Positions 1 to 9,666 of a stretch of 64,000 bases of DNA are shown piece after piece. Made by a program: the position numbers and the translations under genes. Source of the stretch: Candidatus Stramentimicrobium fermentans (lineage in GTDB: Bacteria; Atribacterota; Phoenicimicrobiia; Phoenicimicrobiales; Stramentimicrobiaceae); contig JAAYOB010000015.1 of the NCBI GenBank assembly GCA_012520575.1, forward strand, positions 40,705 to 104,704. The letters are read 5' to 3'. Under the pieces are notes generated by a model. That model did no database searches, had not been told where the DNA came from, and was given only the letters and a program-made list of their open reading frames with translations. How positions within the stretch are numbered: the stretch's first letter is position 1; the number at the start of each line of letters is the position of its first letter.

Positions 1-1702
1 CGAAACATACCTCCGGAGCATAGCCGCTGATTACGGTCAGGTTTTCAGTTGCAAACTTTTCTTTGTTCAGATGCAGCAGTTCTACTGCCGCACTTTTGTG
101 CTCGATGGCATATACCTGTCCTTTTTTAGCCTGCAGTGCCATTTCAATTGCCACAGAACCTGTCCCGGCCCCGACATCCCAACAGATAGAGCGTTCTGTC
201 AACTGGAGCTTGGACAGGCATACTGCACGAACCTCGCTCTTCGTCATTGGCACAACACCATCCGCCCCGGCACCACGCTGGAATATACTGTCCGGTAATC
301 CATGGGTTACAACGGCATCAGGGTGGTTGTTTTCAATTAAAGCAACGCTTAAGGTCTCGTAAGAGCCGTCGGTAATATGCTCTACCGTACCTCTTGTTAT
401 CTTTTCATCCGGGTAGCTTAACCGTTCTCCAATGCTGATTTGCACACTTCCCAGGCCGGCATCTACTAAAGAGCGACACAACTCCCGCATACCGTTCTCA
501 CCGCCGACCAACACGAAAACGCGACTATGGGATCGAACATCCGGCACGATATTGTGCTGACGGCCATGTACACTGGTGACGAAAATATCTTCATACGATG
601 TTTTTAAGCGGGCACAAAGATATACCAAGGAACTTAATCCGGGCAAGACCTCCACCTTGCAGGAATCAAGCAGTGGAATGAGCTTTTTTGTGCCGCTGAA
701 AAAACCCGTATCTCCCGACATGACCACCGCAAAGCGCCGGTACTCACGATGGGTCAGAATAAAGTCCGCAATATCTTCGGACGAAATAGCATAGTAAACC
801 CTCTGATTCGGGGTGGCAACCTCTTCCAGCATGCGTTTGGCGCCGATTAAGCAATCGGCTCCTTTTATTACCCGATACACTTCTTTCGTCATGGTTTCGC
901 AGCTTCCCGGACCGATTCCAAGAATATACACATAAGGTATACAGCTACAGCCGAACCGGGAGCACAGCAGCTCTATGGTTTCGGAGAAAGAAATACCTTC
1001 TTTCTGAGAGGGACGTCCAATCACTACAAGGCGTACGCCTGCTTTTAATGCGGCAGAAACCTTTGCATCAAATCTGCCTGCCTCACCGCCATCTTTGCTT
1101 ACAAGCCAGGAAGCAGAAACGGCGCGAAGCATTGCAAGATTCATCTCCTCGGAAAAAGGTCCCTGCATAGCGATAATATGAGATGCTTTTAAATCAGCGG
1201 CATTGCAAGCTTCCAAGGAAGCGTTCATGGGTAAAACGCGGGCATATATGCGGTCGGCAAAATTGGCGAGTTTGCTGAATTTGGCGAGTTCTTTGCTCCC
1301 GATAGTCAGAAGGATATTACCTTCCGTTCCATCCAAGAATTTAACTGCCGTTTCCGTATCGGGAACATACACAGCATCGGAAGATAATTCCGATGCCTCA
1401 CGCAAAAGGCGAAGATATTCCGTTCCGGTCGTATGGCAGGCTGTGGAAATACTTTCCGTAATGGAGGCCGCATATGGATGGGTCGCGTCGATCACCAAAT
1501 CAAATGCTGCATTTGAAAGTATCCGGATAATCTCAGCTAGCGGAAGTCGTCCCGACAGAATCGTCAGGTTATCTGCGGGAGAAAGGAGCGTTTCGCCATA
1601 TTCGGTTGCAACACAGGCGGTAATAGCAACAGGCTGCAAACTCAGAAATTCCACCAGTTTCCGTCCTTCTGTTGTCCCGGCAAAAACACAGATCTTATAC
1701 AT
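1..1702 (-). CDS. cbiJ-cbiET: Precorrin-6x reductase CbiJ fused in-frame to precorrin-6Y methyltransferase CbiE/CbiT. The gene is 3' truncated by the window edge and is absent from the ORF track because no stop codon lies inside the window.
   Basis: My own translation of the minus strand from the ATG at 1702-1700 gives MYKICVFAGTTEGRKLVEFLS... (CbiJ-like, about 255 aa). It then reads without a stop through ...YILGIGPGSCETMTKEVYRVIKGADCLIGAKRML (CbiE-like) and ...VPMTKSEVRAVCLSKLQLTERSICWDVGAGTGSVAIEMA (CbiT-like) to position 1. The start overlaps the cbiH stop. A possible internal GTG start for the CbiE part lies near 931. Confidence 0.75.
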   Translation of the reverse strand, partial: MYKICVFAGTTEGRKLVEFLSLQPVAITACVATEYGETLLSPADNLTILSGRLPLAEIIRILSNAAFDLVIDATHPYAASITESISTACHTTGTEYLRLLREASELSSDAVYVPDTETAVKFLDGTEGNILLTIGSKELAKFSKLANFADRIYARVLPMNASLEACNAADLKASHIIAMQGPFSEEMNLAMLRAVSASWLVSKDGGEAGRFDAKVSAALKAGVRLVVIGRPSQKEGISFSETIELLCSRFGCSCIPYVYILGIGPGSCETMTKEVYRVIKGADCLIGAKRMLEEVATPNQRVYYAISSEDIADFILTHREYRRFAVVMSGDTGFFSGTKKLIPLLDSCKVEVLPGLSSLVYLCARLKTSYEDIFVTSVHGRQHNIVPDVRSHSRVFVLVGGENGMRELCRSLVDAGLGSVQISIGERLSYPDEKITRGTVEHITDGSYETLSVALIENNHPDAVVTHGLPDSIFQRGAGADGVVPMTKSEVRAVCLSKLQLTERSICWDVGAGTGSVAIEMALQAKKGQVYAIEHKSAAVELLHLNKEKFATENLTVISGYAPEVCF

Positions 1703-2426
1703 CACGATACCCTCTTGGAGTTACCATGTTTCCGGTAATCTCCCTTGTCATTTCGTTGCCAATAAATACAGTGCAGAACATATCCACCGTTGCTGACCCG
1801 AGTTCACCCAGGGACATTAAGCGCCTGTTTTCGCCATTTCTGCCAATATACTGAGCTACACCGCAAAGACGATCTTCCGGCAGATGACGCAGCAGTATAT
1901 TACAGGCTATGCGAAGATGATTGGGGCGGCTGCGGCTCGCAGGATTGTAAAGCACAATGGACAGGTCTGCGGCTGCGGCGGATTCCAAACGCTTTTCAAT
2001 CTTCTCCCAGCTGGTAAGACGATCGCTGAGAGAGATGACCGCGAAGTCATGGGTAAGGGGTGCGCCAAGAAGGGCCGCTCCACTGCAGGCAGCAGTCAAG
2101 CCGGGAATGACTTCAACTTCAGGAGCAGTGCATTCGCCGCGCAGCTCGTAAATCAAAGCCGCCATGCCGTAGATACCGCTGTCACCGGAACAAACCATAG
2201 CCACTGTTTTTCCTTGCCTTGCAAGGTCAAGCGCCATCTGGCAACGCTTGGTTTCCTGCGTCATTGGTGTAGTCAAAAACTCTTTATTCGGGTAGTATTC
2301 CCTGATTAAGTCCACATAGACATGATAACCGATAATGACATCGCAGGATTGCAACGCTCGGTCAGCTTTGATTGTCATGTTTTCATAATTACCGGGACCA
2401 ATGCCTATAACGATCAATTTACCCAA
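1695..2426 (-). CDS. cbiH: Precorrin-3B C17-methyltransferase (cobalt-factor III methyltransferase)
   Basis: Track ORF. Tetrapyrrole-methylase N-terminus MGKLIVIGIGPGNYENMT and CbiH-like length. Located in the cbi operon. Confidence 0.85.
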   Translation of the reverse strand: MGKLIVIGIGPGNYENMTIKADRALQSCDVIIGYHVYVDLIREYYPNKEFLTTPMTQETKRCQMALDLARQGKTVAMVCSGDSGIYGMAALIYELRGECTAPEVEVIPGLTAACSGAALLGAPLTHDFAVISLSDRLTSWEKIEKRLESAAAADLSIVLYNPASRSRPNHLRIACNILLRHLPEDRLCGVAQYIGRNGENRRLMSLGELGSATVDMFCTVFIGNEMTREITGNMVTPRGYRDV

Positions 2427-3438
2427 AGCTTACCTCCAATTTTTCCGCCGCAACTGCAACTGTTACACCATTTAGAGTAGTTTTATTTACGATTAATCTA
2501 TCAGCACCTATTAATGCGGCTCGTTCACATACATTGTCCACACCTGCAACACTTTGCACAAACTCAGAGGTTGTGAACTCTCCCGGAACTTCCTGAAGCT
2601 CTGCAGTGGAATAGAAGATGGGTATTAGCCCGTTATCCTTACAGTATTTCAAAAGGCCTTCTTCATCCGCTTTCAGGTCGATGGATGCTACACACTTGAC
2701 AGCTTTTATATCAATTTCGTATTGCGCCAATACCGTTTTTATTGCGTCACGGATGACATAGTCTGAAGCACCTTTTCTGCAGCCGATACCTACATGCAGA
2801 ATTTTAGGGATTAACTTCAATGTTTGCTCAAAAGGAGCCTTTTGACGGTAGGAAATACAAATCCCCAATTCCCCGCTATTGCCGCTTACAACGCCATTTG
2901 GAAGCTCCGTTTTAATGGCAAAGTCACAGAAAAGCGGGATATCTCTCTCCAGAATAGCAGCCGATATTATTTTTGCAAGATAAATATTATCGATTACAAA
3001 GTTGTTTCTGGCAGCCCAGGCATCCACGGAAAATCTGTTGTTGATGTCAGTGGCAGTTGTAATTACCGGAGTGGCCTTGAGCCGGTCAGCTATTCTTATT
3101 GCCATTTCATTCGCGCCGCCGATATGTCCGGAGAGCAGGGGAATCGCAAAATGCCCCAACTCATCGATACAGACAACGGCTGGGTCGGTCCGCTTGTCCC
3201 GCACATGAGGTGAGATCTCCCGAACGGCAATTCCACAGGAACCTATGAAAATTAATGCGTCAGCCCGGTTAAATAGTTTCTCATAGAAAGGCTTTGCAGG
3301 ATGGCAGATCGGATAAAATCCTTCCTCTGCAAACCTTTCCATCGTATAAGCTTTGAAATCGGCCTCCGGAAAGTATGACATTACCTTACGCGCAGTAGAG
3401 CAGCCCCGGCGGCTGTAAGCAAATATAGCTATCTTCAT
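2419..3438 (-). CDS. cbiG: Cobalamin biosynthesis protein CbiG
   Basis: Track ORF, 339 aa. Sits between cbiF and cbiH as in anaerobic cbi operons. Overlapping start and stop codons. Confidence 0.8.
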   Translation of the reverse strand: MKIAIFAYSRRGCSTARKVMSYFPEADFKAYTMERFAEEGFYPICHPAKPFYEKLFNRADALIFIGSCGIAVREISPHVRDKRTDPAVVCIDELGHFAIPLLSGHIGGANEMAIRIADRLKATPVITTATDINNRFSVDAWAARNNFVIDNIYLAKIISAAILERDIPLFCDFAIKTELPNGVVSGNSGELGICISYRQKAPFEQTLKLIPKILHVGIGCRKGASDYVIRDAIKTVLAQYEIDIKAVKCVASIDLKADEEGLLKYCKDNGLIPIFYSTAELQEVPGEFTTSEFVQSVAGVDNVCERAALIGADRLIVNKTTLNGVTVAVAAEKLEVSFG

Positions 3439-4190
3439 TCTGTGGCCTCTCGATATTCTGTTGTAAAGCTCGGGTGGTACAGTAAAGAACGCAGATACTG
3501 ATCACCCATACAGTTTCCTACAACGATTAAGGAAGTTTTGGTCAGTCCGTTTTTCGTTATCGTTTGGTGTAGAGTTTCAACTGTGCAGCGGAATATCTTT
3601 TCTTTCGGCCATGTAGCCTTGTAGACCACTGCTACAGGTGTATCTCCGGGATATCCACCTGCAAGCAAATCCTCCTGTAGCACCTCAGTCAGGGAGGTAC
3701 TGAGAAACAGCACCATTGTAGACTGGTGGGCTGCTAGTGCACGGATGGACTCACGTTCAGGAACCGGCGTCCGTCCTGCGGTTCGGGTGATGATGACTGT
3801 CTGGCTGACATCCGGCAGAGTGTACTCTGTTTTCAGAGATGCTGCCGCACCGCAGAAAGAACTGACACCCGGACAAACATCATATTCAATATTCAGCTTG
3901 AGCAGCTCATCAAACTGCTCCCGAACTGCGCCGTAAATACTAGGATCCCCGGTATGGAGGCGTACAGTTACTTTTCCAGCCTCTTCTGCCTTTTTGATTA
4001 CTTCAATTACCTGTTCCAGCGTCATCTTTGAGCTATCATGAATCTCACAGCCCTCTTTAGTATAAGAAAGTAAGTCGGGGTTTACCAGAGAACCTGCATA
4101 AATTACTACATCGGCCTCGCTTATAAGGCGAGCGCCTCTTACTGTTATTAAGTCAACAGCGCCACTGCCTGCACCGACAAAATGCACCAT
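3435..4190 (-). CDS. cbiF: Precorrin-4 C11-methyltransferase
   Basis: Track ORF. Motifs MVHFVGAGSGAVDLITVRGARLISEADVVIYAGSL and GDPSIYGA. Confidence 0.85.
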   Translation of the reverse strand: MVHFVGAGSGAVDLITVRGARLISEADVVIYAGSLVNPDLLSYTKEGCEIHDSSKMTLEQVIEVIKKAEEAGKVTVRLHTGDPSIYGAVREQFDELLKLNIEYDVCPGVSSFCGAAASLKTEYTLPDVSQTVIITRTAGRTPVPERESIRALAAHQSTMVLFLSTSLTEVLQEDLLAGGYPGDTPVAVVYKATWPKEKIFRCTVETLHQTITKNGLTKTSLIVVGNCMGDQYLRSLLYHPSFTTEYREATE

Positions 4191-4195
4191 ATACT

Positions 4196-5332
4196 TTATT
4201 CCTCCGTAATCAGTTTTAAAAGCGAGCGGGCATTCTTCGTTTCGCTCAGAAAACCATATTTTTTGGAAAAAATGATTGACCCTGTTTTTATTTCGCCTGC
4301 AACTCTATAATCCATAATAAAGGAGATTCGATTTGAGATTCGATGCAAAGTCTGTGTACAAAGATTATTTTCTTGCAAAATACGAATGGCATCATCACAG
4401 GTAGCGCAATCCAGTATTTCCTCAATGCACGAAGAAGAAAGTCCTGCTGCTCCGGCATGAGCAGCCATAATATCCATCCGGCAGTCACCATACTTGGAAT
4501 GTGTGTTTAGCATGCCGCCTGCGATTTTTACAAGTTTACCGATATGTCCGATGAGTAATGCACCCCGGAAACCCATCTCTCTACAAATATCCAACGCCTC
4601 TCCGATAAAATTAGAAGTGAGAACTGCTATTTTAGGATCGATGCCAATGCCATTTTTAATATAGTCCGAACCGTAATTACCGGGGGTTAACAGAACATAT
4701 TCCATATTGTTTGCTTTCCTCTGACGAAGTTCTAACCGTATCGTATCTATGAGAGCCTGTTCGCTCATAGGTTCCACGATTCCGGTCGTTCCCAAGATGG
4801 AAATACCGTCCACGATTCCAAGCCTTGGATTAAAAGTCTTTTTAGCGAGCCGCTCGCCATCCGGTACGGAAATTAAAACGGAAAGGCCGCCACGATAGTC
4901 AGTCAAACGGCATACCTCTTCGAGGTTTTCACGTATCATCTGCCGGGGAACAGAGTTAATGGCTGCTGCACCTACCGATTGATCCAAACCCTGCTTTGTC
5001 ACACGTCCAACACCTCTTCCGCCGTCAATGGTAATCCCCGGTGTTTTTGTACGAGTCACCTGTGCAAAAACAAGCGAACCTTTGGTTACATCCGGATCAT
5101 CTCCGCTGTCTTTTTTAATAGCGCATGACACGGTGTTTTCTTCCATCGAGATTTGCAGCACCTCCAAATCCAATGTGATACCTTTTGGCGTGCTGATCCG
5201 TATTTTCTCTTTCAACCTCCCGGTCAAAAGCATCCAGGCTGCAGCCTTTGATGCGGCGGCAGCGCAGGAGCCTGTCGTATAACCCAAGCGGAGCTTTTTC
5301 CCGTCTTTTACGATATATTCTTCCATAGACAT
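4196..5332 (-). CDS. cbiD: Cobalt-precorrin-5B C1-methyltransferase CbiD
   Basis: Track ORF, 378 aa. Motif LRLGYTTGSCAAAASKAA typical of CbiD. Confidence 0.85.
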   Translation of the reverse strand: MSMEEYIVKDGKKLRLGYTTGSCAAAASKAAAWMLLTGRLKEKIRISTPKGITLDLEVLQISMEENTVSCAIKKDSGDDPDVTKGSLVFAQVTRTKTPGITIDGGRGVGRVTKQGLDQSVGAAAINSVPRQMIRENLEEVCRLTDYRGGLSVLISVPDGERLAKKTFNPRLGIVDGISILGTTGIVEPMSEQALIDTIRLELRQRKANNMEYVLLTPGNYGSDYIKNGIGIDPKIAVLTSNFIGEALDICREMGFRGALLIGHIGKLVKIAGGMLNTHSKYGDCRMDIMAAHAGAAGLSSSCIEEILDCATCDDAIRILQENNLCTQTLHRISNRISFIMDYRVAGEIKTGSIIFSKKYGFLSETKNARSLLKLITEE

Positions 5333-5958
5333 TACCGTATAATCTGATATAGTAGCGCATTACAAATCGCCGCAGCCACATTACTGCCGCCTTTACGTCC
5401 TCTGGCAACAATGTAAGGGACCGTAGAGTTATTAATAATCAGTTCCTTACTCTCTACCACATTTACAAAGCCAACAGGAACACCGATAATCAGTGCCGGG
5501 TCAAGATTTCCTTCCTCTATCATGCCATGTAGAGTAATCAGGGCAGTAGGGGCGTTTCCAATGGCAAAAATGCAGGGTTTTGGCAGTTTAGCTGCACGCT
5601 CCATGGACACAATAGCCCGTGTGACATTGCGCTGTTTAGCCTCCTCTGCCACATCTGGGTCTGACATAAAGCAATGGACAGTGCCTCCCAGCTTTCCTAG
5701 AATCGTTTTGTTGATACCGGACTTTGCCATTTGAGTATCCGTAACAATATCACAACCACTACAAAGGGCCTCAATACCCTTTGCTACCGCATTATCGGAG
5801 AACACGAGATTGTCTGCATAGTCAAAATCAGCGGTAGCATGGATGGCTCTTTTAATAACAAGTTCATTTTTCGGATCGAGCTCCTTATCACCAAGAAACT
5901 CCGTAATGATTTCAAAGCTGCGTTTTTCAATGTCGGTAGGTTTGATATTTTCAATCAT
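5332..5958 (-). CDS. cbiC: Precorrin-8X methylmutase CbiC
   Basis: Track ORF, 208 aa. CbiC/CobH-like sequence and length. Confidence 0.85.
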   Translation of the reverse strand: MIENIKPTDIEKRSFEIITEFLGDKELDPKNELVIKRAIHATADFDYADNLVFSDNAVAKGIEALCSGCDIVTDTQMAKSGINKTILGKLGGTVHCFMSDPDVAEEAKQRNVTRAIVSMERAAKLPKPCIFAIGNAPTALITLHGMIEEGNLDPALIIGVPVGFVNVVESKELIINNSTVPYIVARGRKGGSNVAAAICNALLYQIIR

Positions 5959-7318
5959 GACGATATCTCTCCTTTAGACAAGCATTGTAGAAATTGACTG
6001 CAAAACCGGGATTAGAATAAAAATGGAAGCAAGGATATCCGGCATAGAGTTGCTGCGTTGCGTGTACACATTTCCAGCTTTTTCCGGATGCTTTCGAGGA
6101 CGTAAAGGAACTTCCGTGATTCTCACTGTCCCAATAGTGGAATTCATGTCCGGAAATTTCTTCTCCGGATTTGCATAGCATATTATCATGATTGGCTTTC
6201 AGGTGAACATATCCAAATCTGATTAACTTTCCGGCATCAAAGCTTTTTCCGGGCAAGAAGCCCACCATAGGAAATTCGCTGATCGATTCCGTCAGATACA
6301 TGAAGCCGCCACATTCCGCGATACAAGGAATACCCTGCTCGAGAGCCGTTTTGACGGAAGTGCGCATAGCATTATTTTCACTGAGCCTCTCAGCATGTAG
6401 CTCAGGATAACCGCCTCCGAGATATAGTCCCTGAATATCGGGAGGTAACTCCTGGTCTGACAAGGGGCTAAATGGAACCAATTCTGCACCCATTTCCCGC
6501 AATGCATCCAGACTATCCTCATAATAAAAGCAGAAAGCATTGTCACGAGCCACAGCAATGCGGACCGGCTCCTGCTGGCGGGGTAGTTTTATCGCTTCGC
6601 AAGAAATGGAGGAAGATGTTGTAGCCAGCGCCAGCAGGCCGTCAAGATTAATAGTTTCCTCCGCCTGTACTGACAGATTTTGCAGTTTTTCACGCAGGAC
6701 TTGTACTTCTGCCGCAGTGATAAGTCCCGGATGGCGGCTTTCCAAAGAACATTCTGGCATCACAGGTAAAAAGCCAAGAGGTTGAACCTTGCCTGTAAAG
6801 CGTGTTTGAATCTCTTTTTCAAGGACAGAATAAGTCGTGGCGGTGCATTGATTCAGAATGACACCACAAATCTGATGATCAGGGCAAAAGTTCAAGAATC
6901 CTTGAATAGTAGCCAAGATAGACAGCGACGCACCTTTAGCAGCGACAACCAGAACAACCGGACTTTGCGTGACCTGTGAAATTTCATATGTGCTTGCAGT
7001 AGTCGTCGTTAAACTCATGCCGTCATAGAAGCCCATTACCCCTTCAATCACACTGATGTCCCGGCCAGATCCGTTCTTTGCCAACAGATATTTCAGTGTG
7101 TTCTCTTGAAAGAAAAATAAGTCGAGATTGGAACTTTTTACTCCGATAACCCGGCTGTGGAACATCGGGTCAATATAATCAGGTCCGCATTTAAACGCAC
7201 CGACTTTCAATTTACGATTGACCAGTGCTTGTAGGATGGCACATGTAACCGTTGTTTTGCCGCAGCCACTGTTTGTCCCGGCCAGAACAACTCTGGGAAT
7301 TATGTATTCCATGCCCAC
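5951..7318 (-). CDS. cbiA: Cobyrinic acid a,c-diamide synthase
   Basis: Track ORF, 455 aa. N-terminal P-loop GTNSGCGKTT plus a C-terminal glutamine amidotransferase part. Confidence 0.85.
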   Translation of the reverse strand: MGMEYIIPRVVLAGTNSGCGKTTVTCAILQALVNRKLKVGAFKCGPDYIDPMFHSRVIGVKSSNLDLFFFQENTLKYLLAKNGSGRDISVIEGVMGFYDGMSLTTTTASTYEISQVTQSPVVLVVAAKGASLSILATIQGFLNFCPDHQICGVILNQCTATTYSVLEKEIQTRFTGKVQPLGFLPVMPECSLESRHPGLITAAEVQVLREKLQNLSVQAEETINLDGLLALATTSSSISCEAIKLPRQQEPVRIAVARDNAFCFYYEDSLDALREMGAELVPFSPLSDQELPPDIQGLYLGGGYPELHAERLSENNAMRTSVKTALEQGIPCIAECGGFMYLTESISEFPMVGFLPGKSFDAGKLIRFGYVHLKANHDNMLCKSGEEISGHEFHYWDSENHGSSFTSSKASGKSWKCVHATQQLYAGYPCFHFYSNPGFAVNFYNACLKERYRHD

Positions 7319-8433
7319 ACCTCCTGCCTATCTTTGCTCCGATAAATGGGAATATTCTTTTCTTCTGCCAGTCGGAGGAGTTTACGGTTTAGTTGATTCA
7401 GTGTCCCCACCGGAGTTCCCGCATCAATCACCGCTTCACACCGGAGCAGGAGGTCAGAGGCTTTCTGAAACTGCACATCTGTCATTGCTTCAAATGCCGG
7501 AGTCACCACGGCGTGATCGCTCAATTCCAAGGCGACCTGACAATCCACATCGTTTTCAAAAAGGATTCCTGTCGCAAAGGGGATTTCCTGCTTTTGTAAT
7601 GCTCTATAGCAAGCGATACCATAACCGCCGCCGGCTACCACAAACACTTTTGGAGCGCCCTCCGGTTTTGTCAACTCAATACTTCCGAACAACAGATTAT
7701 ACGAGCCGTTGCGTAGTTCATAAAGATGTTCAATGGTGTGGTTTCCCAGAATAACATCCGGTGGACCAAAAGCCTCAATCGTATTACCTTTCACGCAGAG
7801 AAGATAATCGGAGATCTTTATAGCAAGGTCGATCTCATGCAAAGACATAATGACGGTGATATTCTTTTTTTGTGCCATCTCCCGAAGAATGTTCAGTAGT
7901 TCAATTTTGTGGCGAATATCTAAATAGGCAGTAGGTTCATCCAGGACAATTATCTCAGGCTCTTGACAAATTGCTCTTGCCAACATGATCCGCTGGCGCT
8001 GTCCATCTGAAAGGGTAGTAAAATACTGCCCTGCCAGATCAAGCGCGTGGACACGTTCCAACGCTTCCCGCACGACATCCATATCTTTTGGTGTCAGTTT
8101 GCCGAATAAGTTTGTATACGGATAGCGTCCCATAGCCACAACCTCTGCGCAGGTCATCAACTCAGGGCGAATTCGGTCAGTTAAAACGACTGCTACCTCT
8201 TTTGCCATATCTTTGGGCGACCAGGAGGAGATTTCCTGCGCATTGATATAGACTGTTCCTCGAATCGTCTCCAACTGGCGGGTAATAGATTTAAGGATCG
8301 TAGACTTGCCTGCCCCGTTTGGCCCAATTAATGTGAGGATTTTTCCTTTTTCCAGTTGCACATTGATATCGTAGATCAAAATCTTTCCATTATAGCCAAC
8401 CGCCAGATTTTCGGTTTTAAAGTAGTATTCCAT
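7300..8433 (-). CDS. ABC transporter ATP-binding protein (FecE/BtuD family) with an unexplained C-terminal extension of about 115 aa
   Basis: Walker A GPNGAGKST, signature LSDGQRQR, Walker B IIVLDEP. The protein is 377 aa against about 260 aa for the family. The tail KVFVVAGGGYGIACYRALQ... looks like a small Rossmann-like domain. Confidence 0.8.
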   Translation of the reverse strand: MEYYFKTENLAVGYNGKILIYDINVQLEKGKILTLIGPNGAGKSTILKSITRQLETIRGTVYINAQEISSWSPKDMAKEVAVVLTDRIRPELMTCAEVVAMGRYPYTNLFGKLTPKDMDVVREALERVHALDLAGQYFTTLSDGQRQRIMLARAICQEPEIIVLDEPTAYLDIRHKIELLNILREMAQKKNITVIMSLHEIDLAIKISDYLLCVKGNTIEAFGPPDVILGNHTIEHLYELRNGSYNLLFGSIELTKPEGAPKVFVVAGGGYGIACYRALQKQEIPFATGILFENDVDCQVALELSDHAVVTPAFEAMTDVQFQKASDLLLRCEAVIDAGTPVGTLNQLNRKLLRLAEEKNIPIYRSKDRQEVWAWNT

Positions 8434-8434
8434 A

Positions 8435-9565
8435 TCAATCCTCTTGCGTCCAACGGCGCTTTGCCATCATATAAATAACAACAGGCGCACCGAAAACGGA
8501 AGTGACGGTGCCAATTGCCAGTTCAGTGGGCGCAAAAACGGTTCTTGCAATCAAATCACAGAATACACAAAATACCGCACCGCAAAGAAAGGTAGACGGT
8601 ATTACAAAGGCCGGCTTCGATGATTTCAACAGTGTCCGGGTAATATGGGGAACTGCGATACCGACAAAGGAAATAGGGCCGGCAAGAGCCGTCACACACG
8701 CAGACAGCAGACTGGAGAGCAGTATCAGCAAAACACGGAACGGTTTGATGCGCATGCCCATACTTTGGGCATAACCTTCACCCAACGCATATGCAGATAT
8801 AGGTTTGGAGAGTAAGAGTGCCGCCACAATTCCCGGTATACACATCAGCACAGCAGTACTTACATTATCCCAACTGGCCCCGGAGAATGTACCCATAGAC
8901 CAGTTTTTCAAATTAACTACATCATGGTCATCCGCAAAAGTAATGCAAAAATCGGTCACCGCACTGCAAATGTAGCCAACCATGATACCGATCACCAACA
9001 GCATCGAGACATTCCGCACCTTCTGAGAGAATAGCAGAACGATAGAAGTAATCAGTAAGGAGCCCAGAAATGCAGCCAAAATCAGTGCAAGAGAGCCAAC
9101 GCTGCCAATATAATGGATCAGAAAAATCAGCGTAATACCCACGACCATCTTTGCACCGGAAGAAATACCCAGGACAAAGGGGCCTGCGATGGGATTACGG
9201 AAGAACACCTGAAGAAGATAGCCGGACACGGATAGTGCGCCACCTAAGATTGCGGCAAGTAGCATGCGCGGAATGCGAATACTGAACAGGATTTGGCTTT
9301 TGGTAGAGTTCTTAATAACAGCTTCCAGTTCCTGTGCATATCCGCCATTGGTAAACGCATTGGCAATCCCATACCGGATACCCTCCCAAAGCATGCGGAA
9401 TACATCCTGCACCGCAATAGAAACGGAGCCGATATTGACATTTATAATCAATGCCAGAATCAGCAGGCCGCTTAACAGGAGCATGATAAAAGAAAAACGG
9501 CCAATATTGCCGAGCCTGATTTTTTCTTTATTCATAGAGGGTGTACTATTCTTGTTTATTTTCAT
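8435..9565 (-). CDS. FecCD-family ABC permease (corrinoid/iron-complex importer)
   Basis: 376-aa polytopic membrane protein with BtuC/FepD-like sequence. Confidence 0.8.
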   Translation of the reverse strand: MKINKNSTPSMNKEKIRLGNIGRFSFIMLLLSGLLILALIINVNIGSVSIAVQDVFRMLWEGIRYGIANAFTNGGYAQELEAVIKNSTKSQILFSIRIPRMLLAAILGGALSVSGYLLQVFFRNPIAGPFVLGISSGAKMVVGITLIFLIHYIGSVGSLALILAAFLGSLLITSIVLLFSQKVRNVSMLLVIGIMVGYICSAVTDFCITFADDHDVVNLKNWSMGTFSGASWDNVSTAVLMCIPGIVAALLLSKPISAYALGEGYAQSMGMRIKPFRVLLILLSSLLSACVTALAGPISFVGIAVPHITRTLLKSSKPAFVIPSTFLCGAVFCVFCDLIARTVFAPTELAIGTVTSVFGAPVVIYMMAKRRWTQED

Positions 9566-9666
9566 AGCTAGTCGCCCTTCTTTGTGTATTTATATATTCA
9601 TCGATAAATCTCGAGTTATTTTCAAAGTAATAAGGCAAAAACTCCTGTGGAAGGAGCGGTAGTCGC

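Noticed and set aside
1203-2309. Several plus-strand track ORFs (1203-1796, 1790-2017, 1884-2309, 1957-2151)
   Set aside because: They are antisense to the cbiH and cbiJ-ET genes. No RBS, and composition-driven open frames are typical of antisense strands in this GC-richer operon.
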